Assembly (NCBI GenBank): GCA_963796965.1
Contig: CAWCNS010000005.1
Span: 650,730-714,729, forward strand
Length of the DNA: 64,000 nucleotides
Origin: Calditrichia bacterium
Lineage (GTDB): Bacteria; Calditrichota; Calditrichia; JAJRVZ01
Direction: 5' to 3'
How positions within the stretch are numbered: position 1 is the first letter of the stretch; each line of letters opens with the position of its first letter. Positions 52,971-63,977 of the stretch are shown one piece after another. Both the position numbers and the translations under genes were made by a program. The notes under the pieces are model-generated. The model saw only the letters and a list, made by a program, of their open reading frames with translations. It was not told the origin of the DNA and ran no database searches.

Positions 52971-55900
52971 TCATTTTACCTTACCATGATTAATTATCTG
53001 CACGGGACCAATCAAACCCGATATGGTCGTCTTTTTGTAATGTTCGGGGGTTGGAATTGTCTGATAATGGTTGGATAACGTATTGTAAACAAGTATTTCC
53101 AGATGGTTATCGCCAACGGTTACATACCGGGAAATATCAATACTGAAAGGAGCGGTCATGAGGATTCCCGCTTTTTTACCGTTAACATGGACCTCACAGG
53201 TAGCAATGACCTTGCCGAGATCCAGGATGATTTCTCCCCGGGTTTGTTCAGCTGAAAGTGTGATATTTCTTCGGTACCACATTCCCCCTGAGTAGTCTTT
53301 CAAGACACCCATTTTAGACCAGTCACCGCTGGGAAGCAAGCCTTTGGTACAGGTCAGGGTAATTGGTTCCGGAAATGTTGCACCGTTATAGTATCCTGGC
53401 CTGTGAACCACACGAATGGCAACGGTACTGAAATGGGATACAACCGTTTTGAGATCAATAGTATATTCTATGCTATTGTCTTTATGATCTCGCCCTCTCG
53501 TTATTGCCATTTCTGTACCGTTAACCCAGATCGTCACCTCACCATGGGCTGCGAACGATATCGTCTTCAAACCCGGAGGTGCCGTAAATCTGTAACAACC
53601 GCTTGTCAACTTGCCTCCGAGATAATCGTATCGGACCAATCCAGGATATGTATACCATTTCATTGCCAATGGCTGGGGAGTCCCTTCCCTGAATCCATCT
53701 TCAACAAAAGCAATTGCCGCCCGGGCACGTTGATCAATACGATGTGGACCCTCTGGTTCTTTCGTTCCGGTGATATTTCTGTAGGAGATAAGAACCTTGT
53801 GCCTTCCTGCCAAAAGGCGGATTGTATCGTTCTCTAGTTTGATACCATCAATCCACATTCCTGATGGGTTCATACCACTTTTCACCACCTTTACCATCAT
53901 GGTTTTTGTAATATGCACAAACGATCCAAATATGTAATGACCACCCTCCCCCATAATCATGAAGTTGTTATCGAGTTTTCCTTTAAGGCCATGGTAGCCC
54001 TGTGATCCCGGCTGATTCTCCACCCCCCAGCGCCATGAGAAATTATAAGGTGACCAGGAAAATATTCGGTCAGCGATCTCAATATCAACGAAATCTTCAC
54101 GAATGCCGATGGCGGCCCTTTCTATTGCCTCAATCTCCTCGCTGACAGGAATATGCATCATCCACATTTGCGGGCCGAAACCACAGGTCACTTCCGGCCA
54201 TTTGCTGTCATCAAAGTCTTTATCTTGCCAGCCGTCAGGGGCCCTATCTTCGAAAACAAAGCGCAATTGCCGCGCTTCTGGCCCTATTAAAGTATTTGTT
54301 GCCGGCAGGCGGAAATCACCCCAACGGTTGTCCATTGTTGGAACAATCTCACATGCCCACTCACCCGTGATGGGGGTAATTTGCCTTTCCATTTTTTTTG
54401 TGTCATCAGAGGCTGGTTGTTCTAAATCCGGCTCACCCGGCGAAAAAACAATCAGACATGATTTTGGCGGCGCAACAGGAATTCGAAGAACGGTACCCTC
54501 TTCGGTTGTTCTTATAATTGGAAGGGATTGTATCTCACCTGTCCATGCATCCCATAGTTCAACCTTTCCTTTACTACGGAAGAAGCACTCCATCCCTTTG
54601 ACCATATCCATAACCATATAAATATCACGTTTGCCGATTCGCCGATGCAAAACATGGCCCAGACCTTTCAAAGGTATGAAATCGCATGTTATCTCATTCT
54701 TGATCATTTCGGCAATATGACCTGGAGTCTCATCCCTGATAAATGTCCCCATACCTCCTTCACCGCTGTGTTGAGGTTTGGGCGATTGCCCCGCCAATGC
54801 TTGCGCTGCTGTGAGGCCGAAAATTTCTTTCACGATGTCATCAACTTCAGGATCATTTTCACCCAGGCGATCAGTGGCCTCCGGCACTGCACCCGTGGCG
54901 ACAACTAACCCCCCGTTGCGAAACAGCCCCCGCGCTTTACTAAGGGAGGTAAAACGCATCGCTTTCATGTTGCCCAGAATAAGGACCCGATAGCTTTCCC
55001 CGGCAATATGAAGTTTTCCATCTTTAACTTTTGACTGTGCAAGCGAGGCATAATCAATAAAATCAAAATCAATACCAGCATCATAAAGTTGTTGGGCAAT
55101 TGCAAAAGCGCTGTCAGGCCTGGCTCCGGAATAGGCCTGCATAGAAGTAGTCGGGTAGAGGACAGCCACATCGCAGACGTGGTGTCCCTGGCTTAGTAGA
55201 TAGCTTAGGCGCTTGATATATTTGAACCACCCTGTAATGTGTGGCCAATAGGGCATGCGAAAATGAAAGTCAGGCGGCGCCCACTCCCACCACCCCCCAT
55301 AAGTGCTGTAATAGAGTCCGTGCAGGCAGAGCAGATTACCACCCAGTTGATAATGAATATCGGTTGCCTTCGTGATAAGCTCCGGGCGCGCGTCCCAGCC
55401 CATGCTATGAAAGGCCTCGAGCCAAACACGCGGACGATGATACAAGTGGGAAATCGAACTGGACACTTTGGTCTGTATCAGGGCAGTGCCCCCCTGAGGC
55501 GCATCATTGCCTGGGGCGGTGAACCAGCGCGTCACACGGAAATAATCACCATAGGATGTTGGTTCTAAACCGCGTCCATAATTGTCACAACCAAAGATAA
55601 GACCGCGTTTTGTATGCCACTCAAAAATAGGACGAAAATAACGCTCTTCTGCCAGGGTAACCACTACATCCATATGGTCAATCCGGATCTTGGGTGTTTT
55701 AGGCCCAATATCATGATGTAAAGCGGCCAGATAAGGGCGAATATCATAGCCTTTCCGCTTCTCAAATTGTTCAGCAAAATCTTCTGACCAAGTATCTACC
55801 CCCAGGTCAACAACTAATTCATCCTGAAAGAAATAGTTAAGTCCTTTTCTGTTTTCCGGATCAACATGGTTCTCGAACTTCTGAAAAAATCGTTTTATCA

Positions 55901-56733
55901 CTTCTGCCCCATGGTGTGGATGGAGCATAAAGGATCCCGTCGTTGAGACCTTGATGATCTGCCAATCCCCGTTATCCGGAACTGTCCATACGATGTGACT
56001 GTCCTTTCCAGCCAGATTGAGCAGATCAACCATGCTTTCGCCATCCAGGCCATTTTCTCTTTGCCGATAGGCTGACAATGAAACTATCTTACCATCAATC
56101 TTATGCTTCCAGGTCTGTCCCTTTTTCACAGGGACTGGTTTATCGAATCTGAGTTTACCTCGGTAGCGGCGCATTTCCGGCAAAGCAGCAATATCGTCAG
56201 GCCACTGTTTATTCCCTGGTGTGCAGAAGGTGTAATCGTCCAGCCCAACACCCATATTTCGTTTTGCACATTCTCCGGCATACCAATTAAAAAGAGACCA
56301 CCAGTCGTCAGAAAAAAAAGGCGGATCGCTGGGATAGGTCATACCATATTCACCATACCCATTTTCATTAAGGTCAGGATCGCTATCTGGATGCGAATGC
56401 GCATCAGCTAATGCTCAGCCCTTCGATACCGGCCTGGTGAACTTTATCCAACTGCCAGAGGAGGCGTTCCCTGGTCAGATTTTCACCAACCCACCAGTAA
56501 AAAGGGACGGGACCGTAGCCATTGGGGACATTTTTAAATCCAGGTAGAACATCAAAATCCGGTGAGCGGTCCGGGTAACCGGGGGTATTCTGTGGCAACT
56601 CTGAAAGATTATCCTTCATTACATAGGTTCCTTCATGATATGGTACTTCTTGCGCAAGGACTGTGCTTACATGAGAATAACAAGACACGAGAAAGAGTAT
56701 GGTCAGGATCTTAAGCCCACAACGGGTCATCAC
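52971..56733 (-). pseudogene. Very large secreted glycoside-hydrolase-like protein of uncertain family (possibly GH106-like) with a frameshifted N-terminus
   Basis: The 109 aa fragment (56404-56733; signal peptide, PFYWWVGENLTRERLLWQLDKVHQAGIEG) and the 1123 aa ORF (52971-56342) lie in different frames 61 nt apart. The C-terminus has a GH2_N-like galactose-binding domain (VNGKKAGIL...GDNHLEILVYNTLSNHY). Confidence 0.45.
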
Positions 56734-56911
56734 AATGACTCACCTCTGATTGATTGATTATAAGTCGATTGGATATAAGAGAATTATACACAATCCACTT
56801 TGCATTTTATACTCCCGATAATTATATACAGAACAATCATGTTTCAAATATCAATTGACGTTGTCCTACTCTGGCTCTTCCCGAAAACGAGTGATTTGGT
56901 AGTCTTTCTTC

Positions 56912-57960
56912 TCATGAATAATAGGTTGCGTATTTCTCCATCGCATTCATTAACGCTTCGACATTCTCGAGAGGAACAGTCGGATATAAACCATAGATCA
57001 TCATCAACCCACCTTTCTTGCTACCCAACTTTTCTACTTCTTCTCTGATAAGATCGTCAATTTGTTGCGGCGTACCCTGTGCTGTAACGGACTGTCTGTC
57101 AATATCCAGGTCAATGCATGTGCGACCGGCAAACTTGTCAGCAATCCAATCTATGCCGTTAACCAAATCTTGTAGATTGATGACCTCTACACCCCCCTCG
57201 ATCAGATCGTCCACAAGGACCCTAATGTCACCGTCCGAGTGCATATGAACGATACAGCCCTGGTCGCGTGCAGGCTTCATGAGTCGCTCATATACCGGTT
57301 TGATATGCTTACGAAGCTATCCGGTGAAAGCATGGGTCCAATTTGCATCCCCAGATCTTCGGGATAGCTCATCATATCGGGCTCTAGTTCCAGCCATTTC
57401 ATTACATACTGGTAATTGAATTTTTCCACCATCTCTATAAGAAGTACCAGGTTGGGTTCATCATATAGCATATCAAAGATCAGATTTTCATATCCACGAA
57501 TGTCCTGCAACCTGAGAAAAGTGTGTCCATGGGGTAATCCGCCGCAGACCAGTTCACCCTTATGTCTCTGTTGATCTACACGATCACGGATTATCTTCCA
57601 GTCAAGAGGATAAGTTCCATCGGTCTGTTCCGGATCGGGAGGTACGTACCCTTTGAACTTATCCCAGTTCTCCAAAGGATGTTGATGGACCGCACCCGTA
57701 ATCCCATCATCCGTTGTTTGCCATACACATCCCCATGGATCCGTATAGGGTTGATCTTTCCTTTCAGTTAACCCATAGTTTGGGATAATGGTGGCTTGTC
57801 TCTGAAAATCAGGGAAAAGAAAGGTATGTGCTTCCATCTGATCCTGTAAAGCCTGTTGATCATAATGATGCCAACAGGCAGGATTGATATGAAAAGCCAT
57901 GGGAATATAGTCCGGTTCTTCAAACCGAATCGCCCGGAGTATGTTTTCTCGTTTTGTCAT
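56912..57960 (-). pseudogene. Uroporphyrinogen decarboxylase (URO-D)-like family protein with one frameshift near 57277
   Basis: The 227 aa and 122 aa fragments in different frames together give about 349 aa, normal for a URO-D-like TIM barrel. Confidence 0.5.
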
Positions 57961-57968
57961 TTTACCTT

Positions 57969-58670
57969 TTACTCTTTTGCCCCATTGACCTTCAAGATTT
58001 TTATAATTTCATCATTCTTATCCTTTATGGCCAAACTCAAAGCCGTTGTACCATCTTTTGCTTTAAGATGTACATCTGCTTTTTTAGAAAGCAAATATTT
58101 CACTAAATCCAATTTACCATTACTGGAAGCAAACATGAGAGCCGTCCATCCGGTAGCATCGGATCCGGTAAGTTGCGCATTCTTATCGGCGCCTTTTGCA
58201 AGAAGGAGATCACAAACTTCTGTGGTTACAGAGCCTGAAAAAATTCCAAATATAGATTGAATAAATGCAGTCATACCATCTACACCTTTTAAATTAACCT
58301 TCGCACCCTTTTCTAATAATAATACCACAGATTTTTTTGAATTCGCCGCAGCCCACATGAGAGCCGTTCGACCATCATAAGATCCTTGTATATTAATATC
58401 AGCCCCTTTTGATATTAATAATTCGACGATCTCATAGGTTCCTTCTAAACTACAGGCTACAATTAGAGGTGTGCTTCCCATAGTTTTTTCACGGATATTG
58501 ACATCTACACCTTTTGCGAGTAATTCTTCGACACCCTTAATATCCTTCTTATAAATTCTTGTTGCAAACTCATTAAAATCGTCATCAGCAAATAATAAAT
58601 GCTGGGAAAAAAGAAGAAATACCATCATACTTAAGAATAGAGCATTACATCTCAAATTAACCATTTTCAA
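57969..58670 (-). CDS. Ankyrin-repeat protein, secreted
   Basis: The 233 aa ORF has a signal peptide and about five ankyrin repeats (G.TPL..A...G....V..LL..GA..N). Confidence 0.8.
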   Translation of the reverse strand: MKMVNLRCNALFLSMMVFLLFSQHLLFADDDFNEFATRIYKKDIKGVEELLAKGVDVNIREKTMGSTPLIVACSLEGTYEIVELLISKGADINIQGSYDGRTALMWAAANSKKSVVLLLEKGAKVNLKGVDGMTAFIQSIFGIFSGSVTTEVCDLLLAKGADKNAQLTGSDATGWTALMFASSNGKLDLVKYLLSKKADVHLKAKDGTTALSLAIKDKNDEIIKILKVNGAKE

Positions 58671-58842
58671 TTCTCCTTAATTTGTCAGTTGACTTTAACA
58701 GGTTGTGTATTTCCTGGACCAGCTCTCCCACCAAAGCAAAGGGAAGTTCCACTGTATATGGATGCCGGAATGCCCGGGCATATACAAAGGTCCCATCAGG
58801 CGCGCTCCCGATTTCGTAGAGTTTTTCCATTAAATCCTCCAA
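58657..58842 (-). CDS. Small hypothetical protein (61 aa)
   Basis: It lies in an otherwise unoccupied frame between the TPM and ankyrin genes, with no similarity recognised. It may be spurious. Confidence 0.2.
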   Translation of the reverse strand: MEDLMEKLYEIGSAPDGTFVYARAFRHPYTVELPFALVGELVQEIHNLLKSTDKLRRIENG

Positions 58843-58854
58843 TTAACACCCTTC

Positions 58855-59805
58855 CTACCAGCTTCCGGAAGCACCACCACCGCCCGATGAGCCGCCACCC
58901 CCAGAAAAACTGGAGCCGCCGCCGGAACTCCAGGAGCCGCCGGAACTGCCTGAAGACAGTCTGAAACCGCCAATAGAAGCACTTCCCTTGGTGCGCAGAT
59001 CTGTTTTGGCCTTCTTATACCAATCGGTATTTTTAAGTGACAGTTTTGCAACCGGGAAGGCAATTATATACGTGATAAGACAGATTAAAGCACCTCCGGT
59101 ACCCAATACCATGATCGGGAACGTGGCCCAGAAGGGAATAAGAAAAAAGTAAAGAAACCAGCCAACGCCAGGGGTCAAAACACCAATCACGGTAAAGAGT
59201 CCGATAATGCCGAAAATAAACGCTCCCATCAGAATGCGCTCCGTAATCGATAGGTCAGGTCCTTCAAAGTCCAGATCGAATGTATCTGCAGATTCACTTG
59301 TTTCACCTGCCAGGTCCGTCAGTTCACCACCCTCCAGCACATCTATCACGGCTCTGACACCTTCGGTAATGCCGCCCTCATAATCTCCCTCCTTAAACCT
59401 GGGCGTCATGGCATACTGGATGATTCGACCGGCCATCGCGTCCGTGAGTGTTGCTTCAAGTCCGTATCCCACTTCGATACGCATACGCCGGTCATTGGGA
59501 ATGACCACAATTAGAACGCCGTTGTCCCCTTCTTTGGTACCGAGCTGCCACGCCTCAAAAACTTCGACGGCGTAGTCTTCAATATTCTCCCCATTAATCG
59601 TGGGAACAGTGAGAACTGCGATCTGGTTGCTTGTCCGGTCCTCATGCTGCTTCAGACTATCCGTGAGCGATTGATGCGATGTCTCGGAGAGAAGTTCGGC
59701 GTTATCGGTCACCCGACCGGTCAAATAGGGAATATCAGCAGCTGGAAGCAAAGAATCCGTCAGAAATAGTACCAGCAGCAACAAGAATGTCGGTATTGTT
59801 TTCAT
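58855..59805 (-). CDS. TPM-domain (YgcG-like) protein with a TM segment and a Gly/Ser-rich C-terminal tail
   Basis: The 316 aa ORF has a signal peptide and a TPM fold pattern (LTGRVTDNAELLS...). It ends in GGSWSSGGGSSFSGGGGSSGGGGASGSW. Confidence 0.65.
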   Translation of the reverse strand: MKTIPTFLLLLVLFLTDSLLPAADIPYLTGRVTDNAELLSETSHQSLTDSLKQHEDRTSNQIAVLTVPTINGENIEDYAVEVFEAWQLGTKEGDNGVLIVVIPNDRRMRIEVGYGLEATLTDAMAGRIIQYAMTPRFKEGDYEGGITEGVRAVIDVLEGGELTDLAGETSESADTFDLDFEGPDLSITERILMGAFIFGIIGLFTVIGVLTPGVGWFLYFFLIPFWATFPIMVLGTGGALICLITYIIAFPVAKLSLKNTDWYKKAKTDLRTKGSASIGGFRLSSGSSGGSWSSGGGSSFSGGGGSSGGGGASGSW

Positions 59806-60449
59806 ACACCCTTCTCCTCGATGATCTCATCGGATAATTCATTTTCGCTTATACCCGTTACATCTGTTCCAGGTGAGCGAACGAGTTCTTCCAGCCCGGC
59901 TTCATAAGCCTCTCTCACCTCACCCCGTTTGAGAAATACGGTCATTGCCGCGATGATGCTTTGCATGACTTTCTCTCGCAATTGATCCTGTAAGCCCTTG
60001 TCAGGCAGAATAACGACTTTCCGCTCGAAGAGACTGACCAGAATTAGGATCCCTGTCCGTTTGTTGGTAGCAAATAACTCCCGGGATAAAAACATAGATT
60101 CCGCATATTGTCGCACTTCTACTTCAGCACGAGAAGCGGATAGAAATCGTCTGGCAAATCCGGGCACCAGCACGGTCAAAAGCGCGAGAACCGCACCACC
60201 AGCCAGAACTCCCCCTACGGCCATAAGCACCGTAACCCCCGAATACCAGCCGTAAGATAGTAAATCAAAAATGAAGACCAACAAGCCAGTAATGGACGCC
60301 CCTAGTGCAAAAGCTTTCCAGGGTAGTTCCGCATAGATGTCGCTGCGTTGGATGAGCGCCAGGACGATCTGTGTTTTCGTCTGTTTTTCCACTTCGGCTA
60401 TACGTGTGTCTAGCCAGGAACGATCATGATCTGATAAGATCTGTTTCAT
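59802..60449 (-). CDS. TPM-domain membrane protein
   Basis: The 215 aa ORF has a 4 nt start-stop overlap with the downstream TPM gene, suggesting translational coupling. It has two TM segments and a TPM-like region. Confidence 0.55.
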   Translation of the reverse strand: MKQILSDHDRSWLDTRIAEVEKQTKTQIVLALIQRSDIYAELPWKAFALGASITGLLVFIFDLLSYGWYSGVTVLMAVGGVLAGGAVLALLTVLVPGFARRFLSASRAEVEVRQYAESMFLSRELFATNKRTGILILVSLFERKVVILPDKGLQDQLREKVMQSIIAAMTVFLKRGEVREAYEAGLEELVRSPGTDVTGISENELSDEIIEEKGV

Positions 60450-60472
60450 TTTAATATGTCCTCTTTCTAAAG

Positions 60473-61363
60473 TTATAATACCGAAGCCTGGCTTATAAAA
60501 ATTACACCTATCGTAATAATTATGGCGGCAATGATACGCAAAACTGGAGCGGGTTCGCGCAAAATAATTACGGCTGCAACCACACCAATAACAATACTAA
60601 ATTGACGCAAGCCTGCCAGGTAACTGACATAAGAACTAACCTGGTAAGCCCATAACATAAGCCAATACGAGCAAAAAACCAATAGGGCAAAAATTGTTGC
60701 CCATCTCCAATCTGCTAATTTTGAATCTTTATAGATCGATATGGGTTCATTTATAAGTTTAAAAACCAAATATAAAAATGGAATAGTGAAGATAGCCTCC
60801 CAGGTACCGTAACGTGCAGCCATATCAGCACTTTGGGGCAACAATTCGGCTGCCATCTTATCGGTAACAGAATACCCTGTGACACCAAAGGTAATAACTA
60901 ATATCCAAATGGTTGTGCGATTCCAGTACATAGATAAAGTAATTTTGCGGAGAGATTCCAGCGGCGCCAGGATACAGCCCGTAACCACCATAAAAATTCC
61001 AAACCATCCGGAAATAGAGAGGGTATGGCCTCTAAATATATCAAAAAGCGCTAAAATTACAATAGGTAATGAGCGTGCAACCGGATATACCAAACTAAAG
61101 TTACCACTGCGATAGCCACTTGTCAGCCCCAGGAAATATATAGCCTGGAACAAACCGCTTAAAACAAGCATTCCCCAAATCGTGGCAGGAAATGGAATCC
61201 CTTGCCATTCTGCTATTAGAGCAGGCAAAACACCAATCAAACCGGTAGTTAAATGTAACCGAAAGAATAAATTACCATCAACCCGCCGGGAATGCGCCAA
61301 TAAATTCCAGCTTGCATGAACAGTTGCTGAGAGTAAAACTAATAGAACTGCCAACCACGTCAT
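60473..61363 (-). CDS. DMT-superfamily (EamA-like) 10-TM transporter
   Basis: The 296 aa ORF has ten hydrophobic segments and a duplicated 5-TM arrangement. Confidence 0.55.
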   Translation of the reverse strand: MTWLAVLLVLLSATVHASWNLLAHSRRVDGNLFFRLHLTTGLIGVLPALIAEWQGIPFPATIWGMLVLSGLFQAIYFLGLTSGYRSGNFSLVYPVARSLPIVILALFDIFRGHTLSISGWFGIFMVVTGCILAPLESLRKITLSMYWNRTTIWILVITFGVTGYSVTDKMAAELLPQSADMAARYGTWEAIFTIPFLYLVFKLINEPISIYKDSKLADWRWATIFALLVFCSYWLMLWAYQVSSYVSYLAGLRQFSIVIGVVAAVIILREPAPVLRIIAAIIITIGVIFISQASVL

Positions 61364-61475
61364 TAAAATAGTTCCTGTAAGCCGTTTTTGTTTATTTTAT
61401 CAAGGCATCCGGATAAAATTGGATTTCCAGATGTTTTTGCTGAAATACGAACTGCCTATCAAATTAAAAAATCTA

Positions 61476-63977
61476 TCAAAACAGAACAAATCCCATGGAC
61501 GTCAACAGATAAACAGTGCAGAGTCCTATAAGTATTAGCCACCCCCATCGTTTAGAATTGATTTCTTGGCGCTTAAAATGGACCCAAATACGGCGCAACA
61601 AGATCATGGTGAATGTCGCTGATAGAAAAATAACCGCAAGCTGAAGGATTATTAGAACTGTGATCTCTGTAATGGGAAGGTAAGAACTCCAAAAAGATCC
61701 TTCAATGACCTGGATCTGTAATGCCGCAATTACTGGAACTTCTTGCAGATGATAGGCCATTAACGGCCCCCAAGCCAGAATGAACAGTGAAAGTGCCACA
61801 CGCGAAACTATAGCAGGATCATGAAAATTCTCAGGTGAGAGGAGTCTCGGCAATATAACATACAAAGCAATGCCAATAACAACAGCCAGGACTGCTGCCG
61901 CTGTGAACCCATAGGGAGTAGCCATCCAAACTGTACTACGGGCACCCAGTAAAACCACGGCCAGAGCAAATCCAACGAGCGCTAAGGGAGTGAGAGTCGG
62001 ACTTAGGTCACCCTGGTGCCAAATGCTCTGAATAGGTGCCCGGAGGTAAAGATTAGCCGATCCATGAGGGCAACTACGCAGACATGAGAAACACATCTTG
62101 CAGAAATGACCATCGCGGGTGTAGAGCGGATGATGGAAAACGGGGCATCCAGGAGAGGACGATGTTCCTTTAAAGCATTCATGGGTATTGCACTGTGTAG
62201 CGCATACACTCGGATTAGCACGTACATATACCATGGCGGAAACAGCATATGTAGCACCCAAATTACCCAATGGGCAGAGGTATCGGCACCAGGTTTCCCG
62301 TTTGTAGAGCACGGAAAAAACCATTGCAGCTGCCATGAGCGCCAGAAGAAGGATACTTGTTCCAAATGGATATTCAGTCATATGAAACATATGCTCGCTC
62401 CAGATAACCAGAAAGAACAGTGCAACAATCAACCATCCGGTATGGCGCATGAGCCACTGAGGTGGATTCATATTCAGGGATCCGATTCGTTGCGCTATAC
62501 GCCCGGCAAACGAAAGTGGACATACCGTACACCACACGCGTCCTATAAACAGGAATACGAATATCAAAGCAGGCTCCCATAACCCCCAGATCATGCTGTT
62601 GGCGATACGACCTGGAAGGCTATTGCCAGTGGTAAGACCGATCAGAACCGTCGAGAAAAAAACAACAAATATTACAGATTGCAATACGACAACTGGAGTC
62701 TCGCTGCGCCACAACCACTGTACGAGTTTAATCTGCGAGAGATTAAAATCAAACGGGGTTCCCTCACTCTTGGGACCTGTGAAGATATGCTCCGCTACAA
62801 TTTCCGAACCATCAGCAAAAAGCGCTGCATACTCAACTGCTTCACGAAGTTCCTCCACATTATGGTGCCGGTATTGTCCTGAAAGTAGTGTATGTTCGGC
62901 AGACCTGCTCAACCGGTATGCACCATCATTGAGTCGCTGGTTTCGTTCAGTCAGGAAGAGCCTCGCCAATGGCAGGATGTCACGTTTGCGTTTGAGCATG
63001 TTTGGCATTTTCAGAACATTCTTAGCCAGTTGCTCCGCAAGCCTCGGCAGGAAACCACCGGTTTGAGCAAGGGATTCAATATCTTCGCTTGTAGTGGCGA
63101 TCAAATTAATTTGGGTAAGAACCTGTTTGTTCACTGATTCATCCAGATACTGGGAAAGAATCCTCTGGAACGTCAGGTTTAGAGCCTCGATATGCATCAG
63201 GATAAGCGTCCCCTGATCCGCCAGATGAAGCGCACCAAAGCCCTCTCTTTTGTCCTCAAATCCTTCAAGATCTGTGGAACCAAAAAGGAGTCTGCTTGCT
63301 TCGTGATCTTCAACCCGCAAACAGTCCACAACGATAAGTGGCGCGTAAGCGTTTCCAAAGCGCTCATGGATCTTTTTGGCCATATAAACCTGACCGGCAC
63401 CTGGTTCACCCGTAATAAGAATTGGGCCAGATTTCGGTAAAATCCTGGCAATTTGATCATGCAGATTACGCATCGAAGGAGACTCTGCAATGATCGGTCC
63501 AGATGAAGATTCCATCTGCATAAGCGTGCTGAACACTGTGATTTTCTGCTCTAATAAGACGTTTTTTTCCTGGAGTTGCTCTTGAAATTTTACCGTGGTC
63601 ATATGGGCGTTCACACGGGCTAAAACCTCTTCATGTTGCAGCGGTTTCGTAAGATAATCAATGGCGCCTACTTCAAAACCTTTGACCTTATCCACCGTAT
63701 CTGTAAGGGCTGTCATGAAAATTACCGGAATATCCTCTGTGGCCTTGCTCTTCTTTAGACGTCGACAAGTTTCGAAGCCATCAATACCAGGCATAAGCAC
63801 ATCTAATAGAATCATATCCGGAACGACGCGCTCAAGATGCTCAAAGGCTTCTTCGCCACTTTGTGCTACCATAAGATCAAAACCACCGTCTTCTAAATAA
63901 TTGATTAGAACCTTCAGATTCTCAATTTTATCATCAACGGCTAGTATAGTCCGGTTTTTTGATGGTTCTGAATTCAT
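61476..63977 (-). CDS. Fusion protein: response-regulator receiver, degenerate sigma54-activator-like AAA+ domain and NapH/YccM-like polyferredoxin membrane domain
   Basis: The 833 aa ORF has a receiver (LAVDD...LDVLMPGIDG...K). Its AAA+ region has Walker A GEPGAGQ (Lys replaced by Gln) and no GAFTGA. The membrane domain has GRVWCTVCPLSFAG, WCRYLCPLGNLG and CKMCFSCLRSCP (CxxCxxCxxxCP). Confidence 0.7.
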   Translation of the reverse strand: MNSEPSKNRTILAVDDKIENLKVLINYLEDGGFDLMVAQSGEEAFEHLERVVPDMILLDVLMPGIDGFETCRRLKKSKATEDIPVIFMTALTDTVDKVKGFEVGAIDYLTKPLQHEEVLARVNAHMTTVKFQEQLQEKNVLLEQKITVFSTLMQMESSSGPIIAESPSMRNLHDQIARILPKSGPILITGEPGAGQVYMAKKIHERFGNAYAPLIVVDCLRVEDHEASRLLFGSTDLEGFEDKREGFGALHLADQGTLILMHIEALNLTFQRILSQYLDESVNKQVLTQINLIATTSEDIESLAQTGGFLPRLAEQLAKNVLKMPNMLKRKRDILPLARLFLTERNQRLNDGAYRLSRSAEHTLLSGQYRHHNVEELREAVEYAALFADGSEIVAEHIFTGPKSEGTPFDFNLSQIKLVQWLWRSETPVVVLQSVIFVVFFSTVLIGLTTGNSLPGRIANSMIWGLWEPALIFVFLFIGRVWCTVCPLSFAGRIAQRIGSLNMNPPQWLMRHTGWLIVALFFLVIWSEHMFHMTEYPFGTSILLLALMAAAMVFSVLYKRETWCRYLCPLGNLGATYAVSAMVYVRANPSVCATQCNTHECFKGTSSSPGCPVFHHPLYTRDGHFCKMCFSCLRSCPHGSANLYLRAPIQSIWHQGDLSPTLTPLALVGFALAVVLLGARSTVWMATPYGFTAAAVLAVVIGIALYVILPRLLSPENFHDPAIVSRVALSLFILAWGPLMAYHLQEVPVIAALQIQVIEGSFWSSYLPITEITVLIILQLAVIFLSATFTMILLRRIWVHFKRQEINSKRWGWLILIGLCTVYLLTSMGFVLF

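Noticed and set aside
53403-55568. Several 70-170 aa ORFs on both strands within 52971-56342
   Set aside because: They are nested in the intact 1123 aa GH-like CDS.
57277-57280. The 4 nt ATGA overlap between the two URO-D fragments could indicate two translationally coupled genes
   Set aside because: The two ORFs are the N- and C-terminal halves of a single URO-D-like TIM barrel (227 + 122 aa gives a normal length). A frameshift is the simpler explanation.
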